A stretch of 64,000 bases of DNA, taken from the NCBI GenBank assembly GCA_028534125.1, contig CM052817.1, positions 46,564,001-46,628,000 on the forward strand, in the 5' to 3' direction. Origin of the DNA: Lama glama. Taxonomy: Eukaryota. How positions within the stretch are numbered: the first letter of the stretch is position 1; the number at the start of each line of letters is the position of its first letter. The notes under the pieces are model-generated. The model was given only the letters and a program-made list of their open reading frames with translations. It ran no database searches and was not told the origin of the DNA. The position numbers and the translations under genes were made by a program. Below, piece by piece: positions 54,004 through 64,000 of this stretch.

Positions 54004-54082
54004 GGAACAACTTAATTCTTTATTGAAGACCTATAACATCTTTTATAAGAACCAGAAAAACCTGCATATTGTATATGGACAG
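54004..54082 (+). CDS. RASSF6: RASSF6 coding exon 2: (R)[26 protein letters not shown]
   Basis: Poly-T plus ag acceptor and CAG|gtaagt donor. The 79-nt exon has a phase compatible with the previous exon. Confidence 0.96.
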
Positions 54083-55387
54083 GTAAGTCTGTCAAAGAAA
54101 TGCGGTATAGTTTGAGTCACAGGAGAAAAAAAATCCGTAAAAGCACAGAGGAGTCAGTATAAGTTGGAGTCCACAACCCAGCAGCACAAATGATTTGGGA
54201 GAAACAATCAAACATGATCTTTAACTTGATCATGATTTGTATTTTTAGATTGTATCACAAAATCCCAGTCCTGGAACATCTGTGACTTACTAAGCTTCTT
54301 TGGAATAGGAAAACATTTTAAAATAATTTTAATGACATATTTGCTTTCTACTTTGAAAACAGTATATGAATATCTTTTGAACAGCAATTTCTCTAGAAAT
54401 CTAACCTAGAATTTTCTTACAAATGTACCAGATATATATAGAAGGATATTCATGGTGATATCATTTATAATGGAAAAAATTTTTGAAGATATCTTCAGTC
54501 CCAAACAATGAAAGACTATTCAAATAAATTACGACATATCTGTAGTTTGATTTGGTTGTCAAAAATTAATGAGTTAGATTCAAATGAATGTGTACTATGT
54601 CATAATAATAACAAATTTTAAAACATTAGAGAAACAGTTTTAAAATGTTAAACAATTCAGCAAAGTCCTGAGTCTAGAAAGCATTTTTTAAGGGTGCAAC
54701 TGGCAGGCTACTGTAGAAACTGGCCTTATTATTATTTTTTAACGCCTCATTCTCCACTTAGTCTTGTTTTCTAATGGGGCTCACTTCACATCTTTACAAT
54801 ATCTTCCTGGTCCCAGGGAACATTAGAACTTTTTCCCTAGGCTTCAGATCTTCAGATATGGTGGTACAACATTGACAGCTTAAATCAGCAGTTGGGACAG
54901 AAGGAAATTTACAAACCACTCTAGCCTTTACTAGTGAGATTAAGTGATTTAGCTTGACTGAATATTTCAAACACCTTTTCAAATGTGGTAATATACAGAA
55001 GTAGGAAATAACTAATCCCTTTATAAAGAAAAGGATCTAACTTTAAACTATTTCAATACTGTCCTATATCTTAGATCTCTAATATATGTATTTGTGAAAG
55101 TATAAAATTTAGGAAAAATCAAAACTTTAATAAAATGTTGCAAAATAAAAAAGGAATGTGAATAGTTTCCACAAAATTCATTATATTAAGTTTGTTTCCT
55201 TTACGAAAATGTTTGAATTTTTATGAAAATACAAGCTGAAGCACATTCTGCCCTATTTGGTGAATCAGTGCTCAGTTTACATCACTTTATTTTTTAAAAT
55301 AATGTCTTATGTGTTACATAATATTTCAAAATTGTATGAAGTAAACTATACAGTGAGAAAATCTGTCCATCTTTACTCGCCATCATT

Positions 55388-56122
55388 AAGAGAAAAGGGA
55401 ACCCCTCCTACACTGTTGATGGGAATGTAGTTTCATGCAACCATTGTAATGGAAAACAGTATGGAGATTCCTCAAAAAACTAAAAATAGAGTTACCATAT
55501 GATCCAGCAATCCCACTCCTGGGCATACATCCAGAGAGAACTCTATTTCAAAAAGATACATGCACCCCAATGTTCATAGCAGCACTATTTACAATAGCCA
55601 AGACATGGAAGCAACCTAAATGTCTGTCAACAGATGACCAGATAAAGAAGTTGTGGTATAGTACAATGGAATACTACTCAGCCAAATAAAATAAAATAAA
55701 ATAATACCATTTGCAGCAACATGGATGGACCTGGAGATCAACATTCTAAGCGAAGCAAGCCAGAAAGACAAAGAAAAATATTATATAATATCACTCATAT
55801 GTGGAATCTAAAAAAAGAAAAGACACTAATAACCTCATCTATAAAACAGAAACAGACTCACAGACATGGTAAACAATGTTACAGCTAGCAGGGGAAAGGC
55901 AATGGGAAGGGATAAATTTGGGAGTTTGAGATTTGCAAGTATTAACTACTATATATAAAAACCAAATTTCTTCTGTATAGCACAGGGAACTATATTCAAT
56001 ACTTGTAATAACCTTTAATGAAAATGAATGTGTATATATGTATATATATATATGACTGGGACATTATGTGGCACACCAGAAATTGACACATTGTAACTAA
56101 CTATACTTTAATTAAAAATATA
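55388..56122 (+). mobile_element. 5'-truncated L1 (ORF2 end plus 3' UTR), sense to RASSF6
   Basis: gagttaccatatgatccagcaatcccactcctggg..catggatggacctggaga..gtatagcacagggaactatattcaa..ctatactttaattaaaaa. Confidence 0.92.
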
Positions 56123-56764
56123 TATTTACATCCACAGACTAAGTAAATGTTTAATCTTGTTTATTAATTTTTCTTTGTTTGTATGGAATTTCCTTCTTTT
56201 GTTTCATTTTCAGCTTAAAAGATTATTCAAGTGCTATTGAGTTTATAAAATTTTTTTCAAAAATATAATTTGAAATGCATTTTACACTGTTTTTACATAC
56301 ATTATTTTAGTTGTTCTGCGTAACATTGTGAGCTAAAATTTTCCTGTTCAGAAATGAGAAAACAGCCACTAAACGAGTATCAGTAGCTGTTCTTCTGATT
56401 CCTACTTTAGTACAGTTTTTAATTCTGCTTTAATTTTAAATTAAATTGAATTAGAGAATTAAATTTCCACTTAATTGAAGAATCGAGAGTTCTGAAAACA
56501 CTTTAGCATACTATGCCCTCTGGTGGACATTTCATTACCATTGTGATTTACTTTGCTGGATAGAGCTGCTTTCAAAAATAAAAGGATGTTTCAAAAATAG
56601 AATTTATTGGTACATAAATTTAAAAGCCAAATAATCCCATCTGGGGATTTATTTTTTATCAGTTAAGATGTCTTACAGATTTCATTTCTACATCTTCAGT
56701 TAAAACATTTACCCTCCATAAACAGTACAAAAACAATGTTTGAGATGATTGGATTCTTCCCTAG

Positions 56765-56904
56765 ACTGAAGATGGCAAACTAATTGTTGAAGGAATGTTG
56801 GACATTTTCTGGGGAGTAAAACGGCCTATACAGCTGAAAATACAAGATGAGAAGCAAATCCCTTCTTTCACTGTGCTCAAGTCACCAGACGTCTTTTCCA
56901 AAAG
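56765..56904 (+). CDS. RASSF6: RASSF6 coding exon 3: [46 protein letters not shown](R)
   Basis: Acceptor ttcttccctag| and donor AAG|gtgagc; 140 nt, in frame. Confidence 0.96.
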
Positions 56905-57829
56905 GTGAGCTATCTTTTATGGTTTTCAGTCCTTAGAAAACGATCTTTGTGTTTACCTTTATTGTGTGCATTCTTGAGGATGAAAGCTCTGAAGCTTAAA
57001 TATAGTCTCATCTAATCCCCCAACAACTCAAGGAAGTAGGTGTTCAGAAACCAGGGCTCTGAGAGGTTAGGTAATTTGTGCAAGATCTGATACCACGAGC
57101 AGAGCTGGACTGGACCTCAGGTCTCTGGGCGCCAGAGTCCATGCTCTGTCCTCTCTCCGCATTCCTCCTTTCCGGGAAGACTGCATTCTTTCACTAGAAA
57201 AGACAAAACGGAAAGGCAAGATTTCTTCAGCCCTGGCCTTGTTGCCAGAAGACAGGGATAAAATTTAAATTTCTCCTCTCCTTGGAACAAAGGACTTTTC
57301 CTGCTTTCTGGAAAGGAGACTTAATTAATGCTCCATCTGATTGCTGTGTCCTGTTGAACAGGATCAGAACAAAATGCATTTGAAGTGCAATAAATGTACA
57401 CAGCAGTCTTCTGTGTGGGTTGAACATGTAAGTTGCGCTGTTATTTTCATTATCCTTTATAATTTTTAGAAAAATTAATAAGTATTCCCAAATAAATCAT
57501 ACATATAAATTTTTTGTTCTTCTCCTCTCTCCCTTCTTCCCTTCCTTTTTAATCCTGACTGACTCATCTCCTTCTGTGTATACGCGGAGGTACCAAGCCT
57601 TCTCTTCATCCTGCTCCTGTCCATGACTAGATGAGCTGGAGTTCTAGTCGGGGAGAAGAGGAGAGAGAGCAGCCAGGACCTTTTCCTCAGTCTGACCTTA
57701 GGCCATAACCAAGGAAAATCAGGAGTCACCTTGAAGGAAGCCTCACTTTTCCTCTGGAGAAAACACTGACGTCCTGCTGTATGACTTGCATGTTGCCAGT
57801 TTTTCTCAAACGTGATGCTCCAGCAGTTC

Positions 57830-58182
57830 TAAACGTCTTGTAATTCCCTACACATCATGAAGTTTCTCACTTTCCTGACTCTCTGCCTTGAAGTCTACCT
57901 GCTTCTCGAAATCCTATTTGCACAACCCCTCCACCAGTCCTTTAAGGTTCAGGTCTGTAATGTTATCCAGAAAGCCTTTCGTGACCCTTCCGTCTGTAGT
58001 AGGTGCACTGATTACTTTTCTGTATCACTTTCAGAGCACGCCATTCATTGTATTTTTATGCACCTGCCTCCCCCTCTAGCCTGTGAGCTTCTCAAGGGTG
58101 AGGAGCATGCCTTATTCATCTTTATCCCAGTGCCCAGCAGTGTGCCCGGCACAAAGAAGAAACTCAAAATATAGTGTTGAAC
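57830..58182. mobile_element. L2 3'-end remnant
   Basis: ctagcctgtgagcttctcaagggtgagga..cccagtgcccagcagtgtgcccggcaca..tgttgaa. Confidence 0.7.
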
Positions 58183-61100
58183 GCTGTCCACAGAATCCCG
58201 GTGGTTAACTTACCTCTGCTCTGTTATGTGAACTGTCTCCAGCTACCATGTGACTAGTCTCCTATCCAAGCTAACGATGGGCAAAGGGTCCAGGACGTAT
58301 GAAAGGGCAGAAGAGGGACCAGAGACTTAGGCAGCCTGACAGAGCCCTGCATCCCTCACCTGCAGGAACTAGATGATTGACGGAGCTGATGATCTTAAAT
58401 GACTAGGAGCATCATTTAAAAGTAGAAATTATCCCTGGGCTCTGATTTTAGGAAACTGTGCAAGATATGAATTAGGAAAAATTAGCTATCATTCTTCATA
58501 TTACCTAAGAACTCAATTCAAATTCTTCTGAGCAGCCAGCTCCTTCTGATGCATTTTAATTATGTGAATTATGAAAATTTGATTAGTATGGAACATTATG
58601 AGAAGATGTCAAGGAGATGCAGTAAGCTACTTATCACATAAAGCCGTAATAATTTTAAATGGATATCCCAAGATAATTTTTTAATTTCTCAAATTAAAAT
58701 TCAAAACACTTGTTCCTAGAAATGTTAAATTTGAGAATGAGTTTCAGAAGCCCAGGTAGACAAGTTATATTAATGTCTTTCCATATTCTATCGCAGATTA
58801 GAGATGAACAGTCTCATGATGTACCTTCCATGGAATCCATTTGCCCTTTTTTCATTCTTTATCAGAACATTGCTGTGAATCAAACAGGAATTATCTCCTT
58901 TAAAATCAAAAAAGACTACCCTAGGAAACTTCGCTTGCCCTTTGCCACAGTCATGAGACTTGCTGGGAGAACATTTGAAGTGAAGTGTACACTTGCAGCA
59001 TATCGGATTTTTCTGGTGGGCAAGAATTGTCAGAAAAAGATCTCACTCCTCTTGCACATAAGAGCAAGATTAGATTCAATTGTGGTTAATTAGCCAAGAA
59101 TCCTTTGTGGTAAGCAGCTGAACATTCAGCTGGAAGGTGTAGCATCATTTGGAATGGCTTCTGATTCCCTAGTGGGGTGCATAGCACTATAGGGAATCAG
59201 CACACAATCATAACATGTTAGTATTATACTTTGCTCCAGTCTAACCCTAGACACTCTCACTCTGTTGCCACCCTTACGGTGGTGTTCGTTTAAATTCTGA
59301 GCTTTGAATGAAATTGCTTAAGGAAATGGACCATTCCCTCAGGTCGCAACACATCCTGTTGGTCCCTTTCCCATTCTGGGTTTCTCTGGGCATTACCTAT
59401 ACATCTACTCTCACAGGATCACAGATTTAACATCTCCAGTGGGTGAATGTGGAATGAAAGATGTGGCAATTGTGTACTCAGCTGCAGGAAGGGCTGCAAT
59501 CTTTTCTTTCAGCTCACCCTTGGAGAAAAATCATCAGTTTGTCAACCTAGTTTGTTTTATTCTCTTTGAAATGAGTCACACTGACTCAGCTTAATGGGAA
59601 TGTTAAAAAATTTTAAATAAACCAGTTTGATCTGCAATCACTTGTGATCCTTTATGGAAGCAATTCTGTGGGCAGTTCTTTGTTCTCTCATTTCTGGTCC
59701 AAGTATTTTGTTTTGGAAATCTTCCGGAAAAACAGCCTTTCTTAAGGCTATGTTTGTTTGCACCAGTTTTCATTTCTGTTTCTGATGTCTTTCCGAAGTC
59801 AGCTTTGCCATGCTGTGCGCAAGTCATGGCAGAGCAGTATAAAGAGCAGAAACTGGACAGGTGTACATTTGAATAACATCAATAGTATTTTTCCTTTTTT
59901 ACAATATGTGTAGAGAAGTGACCACCTTCTATTTGTCTATCAAATTTCTACTTCCTTTTTATTTTGTAGCTCATTAGAAAACCTCCCCACAGTTTCAGTT
60001 TGCTAATAGTGTACATCCTGCAGGCTTGGTCAGAGCGATACTAACAGCCCCATGCTTGGGCAAGTTAAACTATTTGATATTACATAAATTTCCAACCAGT
60101 TTTCTTTGGAAAACTCCAGGTAACTGCCCTCAAGCTTAATCATGTGCACCGCTGTATGTGGTGACACTACAAATTACACAATCCAGAGATGAAAACAGGT
60201 GGGGTTTTTTTCCCTAAGATGGTGGGGAGGAAAAAGGCCAAACACTGAACATGTTTAGCCATGTTTGTTCCTCTGTATTTGTGTGACACCATAAGCTGTG
60301 AGAAAGTGAAGACAGATGTCAAGTGGGTCAGGACTACCAAGAATTTATAGCACATCACTGGTCTAGCAGGCGTGGGCTGCCTCATCTTCCCCCGTGGGAA
60401 ACAGCATCGGGTTGCTTTGCCTTTTTAGATTACGCTTTCCATTGCTATTACGCTGTCCATTGCTAACATTCTTTTTATGACAATCTTTCTTTTTAAATCT
60501 ATAGAATGGGGAAAATTGATGATTTTATCAGTTACAGAATAACTAGAGCCTGAGCCAGAACCTAAATAGTTCTTCTCTGAATTAAAGGTATTACCCATAA
60601 TGCTTGGTCTTTTAAGACATCTGTTTTGACTGGCTATATTCTGGATAGTTGAGCCTACTAAAGAAATCAATTAACAAATACATTAGGATTATCTTATCTC
60701 CTTCATAAGGCTGCTATTTTGAGGCTCAAAAGATATGAAAGTTGTAAAAACAAAAAAAGACTTCAAAGGAATTCAAAGCTCAAGGGAAAAAAAAGATCAT
60801 GTTTATTCAGATTTCCCATCACTAGTATGAATAAGCATTTTTGTTGTAGCCACCAGTGACATTTGGGTAGAATTAATGCCGCATATTCCCTATGGGTGAA
60901 TATTTTTTGGTCACAGGAAAACAAACATTATGGAAGAGATGTTTAGTAGGACTACGACTGGTGCCAGCAATGATAGTGTCCTTTCACGTGGAGAGAGCCA
61001 GGAGTATCTTGGATCCCTAGTGGCTCCTGGCCCATCATAAAATGGATACAGATAATGGTGGTTATGGTGAGGATGACAATGAAGATCATGATAATTTTTA

Positions 61101-61886
61101 GCACATATTGAGTGCTTACTATGTGTTGGGCCCTTTTTCAAGGATTAACTCATTTAATCTTCTCAGCAACCCTATCCTACCTCATGCTATAATCACCCTC
61201 ATTTTACAGATAAGGATAAATGCACAGAGAAGTAACTGATCTAAAGCCAGATAAAGAAAATAAAAATGAGTGTTGCCCAACTGGTAAAGATAAGCAGTTG
61301 CCCAGTTTTATTTATTCTGGGCATTAGAATGCATTGAAAATTATTAGTATTCCTATATAAATCATGGTTTCCAGAAAAGAATTTTCTATACACTTTCCTC
61401 CTTTTGTAAATTGCATTCTTCATAGTGCCCAAGGGCCTGAAAGATAGGCTGTGAAACTTATTTAGAATCACTCTACCTAAGAGTGCTTTGAACACGAGGA
61501 ACTCATTGCAAGTTGGCAGAACAAACACATTTGCATCTCCTCTCGTAAGAGCACTGTGGGATATCTGTATAAGAATGGATTATGTTGGTTTCTCTTAATT
61601 CCATTGGCATATGCATTTTACAGAATCTATGTAACCTTGTGTTTCAGTATGTAACCGAATTATTGTGTCAAAATATGCTCAGAATCAATACAGGAAGTAT
61701 TCAACATGCATGCTGACCACACTGGTATGAATATAATTTTAATAACATAAAAAATTGTTATAACTTAGCATAATGTGTCCACCTACAGAGGCCCATAGTA
61801 CTATATTAATACTGTAAATCTGAAAACCGTCACAGCCCTTTTTATGAATAGACTTGATCTCACTTACAAGATTTATTACTTTGCAG

Positions 61887-61984
61887 GGGAATGACACGCT
61901 GGGGAGAATTTGATGATCTTTACCGTATTAGTGACTTGGACAGGACTCAGATTCCAGTGTCTGAAGTGACAGGTTCCCAGGAAG
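61887..61984 (+). CDS. RASSF6: RASSF6 coding exon 4: (R)[32 protein letters not shown](D)
   Basis: Acceptor actttgcag| and donor AAG|gtcagt; 98 nt, in frame. Confidence 0.95.
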
Positions 61985-63315
61985 GTCAGTATCAAACTCT
62001 TGTTAATGAGGAGATTTTTCTAACTAATGTAAAGCATGAATCCTAATGTTTCTCTGAAATTTAACATTATATATAGTGTCACTTATTGGATTCATTCTGT
62101 ATTTAAATATATATATATATATCTTAGGGGCATCTAACTTAAGTCACTACAGTGCTCACATGATGTTTAAGAACCTTACTTTGCTATACAAAAACATTTT
62201 TTTAAAGTTATATCAAGTCACTTAGATTTATTAGATTAGGGAGAATTAATGGTTTGAATAAAGTTTGTGTACAGAAGATTGTCAACATTTTCCCCGAGGA
62301 TTAGGATTATTTATTATATTCAGCAGCTTTTTATGTTAGATCAAACCCTTCAGATTGAATTCCACATCTTTTTAGAAGTTGAACATTTTAGATATTTATT
62401 TAACATTGCTTTTCAGAAAGAGACAGTTATCCTGGAATCACTATATCTGATAGGGTTGTTTCAAGCATTTATTTAAAAAAGAAATCTGCTTGAACATCAA
62501 GTGAGTTCAAATCAAACTTGACAAACCAGTGGAAAATGTCAGCTCCTGACATGTGGCATCAATAGTCATAATAGCGATGACGTAGTAGTAATGAGGATAT
62601 TAGGATCTGTCATTTACTGAGGCCCTAAAGTGTCAGGCATGATATCTTGTATTTTTCATTTTTGTTGTAATTTAGTGTATAGAGATCCAAGGAGGAGCTG
62701 ATGTCTGAGGCTGGGGATGGGGTTCATGTTCCCAGGGTGGTGACATTACCAAGCTGACTTCAGATTGAACCAGGATATCCTGCTGGCATTATCTTCATGA
62801 ATCTACCACCAGCTTCCAATGTTTAGTTATTTTTTTCCAAAGCACTCTCAACCCCCTCTACTGTCTCTATAACAACTCAGATTTTATAACAAACATGATG
62901 TGCCTTCCAGGATTTCCTTATTTTTGTCTTATGGCCTTTTGGCATCTTTTATATAAGCGTCCTTCTAATTAGTCCTTTGACATTCATCTAACACAGGGGA
63001 ATCCCAATATCTTGGCACCAAAGATACAATAAAAATCTACTTGTATTAAAGCAACAGTGCTAGAGAAAGATAAAATATCACATGCTTATGTGATGATACT
63101 CTAATTACAATAGAATTAAAATTCCGAGGTAAAATGGAACACATGTCACCAGACAGCCCTATTCTTAAACAAGATCATTGCTATTTTCTGGGTAAGAGCA
63201 TTATAGTCCGCTGCTTAGCTACGTAATTCCTTTTTAAATACATAACCAAATCCACCCAGGCTGCAAAGACGTGGGCAGCTAAATTACATGGGCTTATAAT
63301 CTTTATTCTCCCCAG

Positions 63316-63500
63316 ATTATTCATCTTATCACAGTAGCACTCTGAAGCCTCCTGCAGGTAAAGAGCCAGAATCCCCCTTGCTCTACAGAACCATGAGCGA
63401 AGCAACCCTGGTGAGAAAAAGGATGAAGCTCCCGATGTTGGACAGAAAAGACAGACAGACGCATCGGGCCTCTATTAATGGACACTTTTATAACCATGAA
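63316..63500 (+). CDS. RASSF6: RASSF6 coding exon 5: (D)[61 protein letters not shown]; the gene continues past the window
   Basis: Acceptor ttctccccag| and donor GAA|gtgagt; 185 nt. SINGHFYNH is the RASSF2/4/6 motif at the start of the RA region. Confidence 0.96.
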
Positions 63501-63589
63501 GTGAGTTACCATTCCATTAATATCATTTAAAATAATGTTGTCTATTTGCGCTAACAATATCACTCAATTCAACTTACAGTTAAAAGTGA

Positions 63590-63870
63590 TAATAATAATA
63601 CTCTTAAATATAATACTACTGTTAGTATTGGGTGCTCTCTATGTGTTAGGCATTAAACTGTTTTGATTTCTCTCATTAATCACTAAAACAATCCTATGAA
63701 GTAAATACTTCATTATTTTCCCTACGTTGCATATGAGTTAATTGAGGTTCACAGAGGTTAGGCAATTTGTCACAGTTCACACTGTTTTTAAGTAGCAACT
63801 CTGAACTCCAACCCAGCTTTGTCTGAGGCCAGAACCCAAATTTAACCAACGTGGTGAATGAACCGTATCT
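63590..63870. mobile_element. MIR SINE (representative; similar remnants near 1990-2160, 5290-5490, 5880-6110, 7200-7400, 10640-10850, 30770-30960, 57000-57150 and 61090-61240)
   Basis: MIR core: acaatcctatgaagta..ttgaggttcacagaggttaggcaatttgtcacagttcacac. Confidence 0.7.
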
Positions 63871-64000
63871 AACCACGCTCCACACACTGGAAATATGAAG
63901 ATGATTCAGTTGATAACTCTGCCAGCATGGAGCTTAGGGCTTGGGCCAAGAAACCAATACAGCCACACATAGCACTAGAATAATCTAAGTGCTACAGAAG

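Noticed and set aside
60429..60465. 18-bp tandem duplication (attacgct[t/g]tccattgct), like the short one near 25512-25540
   Set aside because: Two-copy slippage duplications are common. There are no spacers or array structure, so nothing CRISPR-like.
1..64000. Remaining short ORFs in the track as novel genes
   Set aside because: Most overlap L1, L2, LTR or MIR remnants or are of a length expected by chance; none shows recognisable homology or supporting exon structure.

Overview
Mammalian genomic DNA, very likely camelid, judged by two vic-1-like tRNA-derived SINE copies. It is repeat-rich and has two 500-N assembly gaps. The window holds the 5' half of RASSF6 on the + strand: a GC-rich promoter and first exon near 29.9-30.4 kb, and five coding exons (38729-38793, 54004-54082, 56765-56904, 61887-61984, 63316-63500) that splice in frame into 189 codons. 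The first ~29 kb is upstream intergenic DNA; in other mammals this side faces CXCL8 (recalled synteny, not visible here). The most unusual item is a young composite insertion ~2.7 kb upstream of the promoter. A 3' retrocopy of the short TASOR isoform splits a SINE without a target-site duplication and is joined through fold-back filler to a perfect 116-bp copy of DNA lying 506 bp away. Also present are a 7SK retrocopy lacking its HEXIM-binding hairpin tip, a twin-primed inverted L1, two related solo ERV1-type LTRs, a uORF overlapping the RASSF6 start codon, and candidate CTCF and AP-1/TEAD elements. I found no evidence of a wholly new gene system. Gene and repeat names come from recognising the sequence by eye, and repeat boundaries are approximate.
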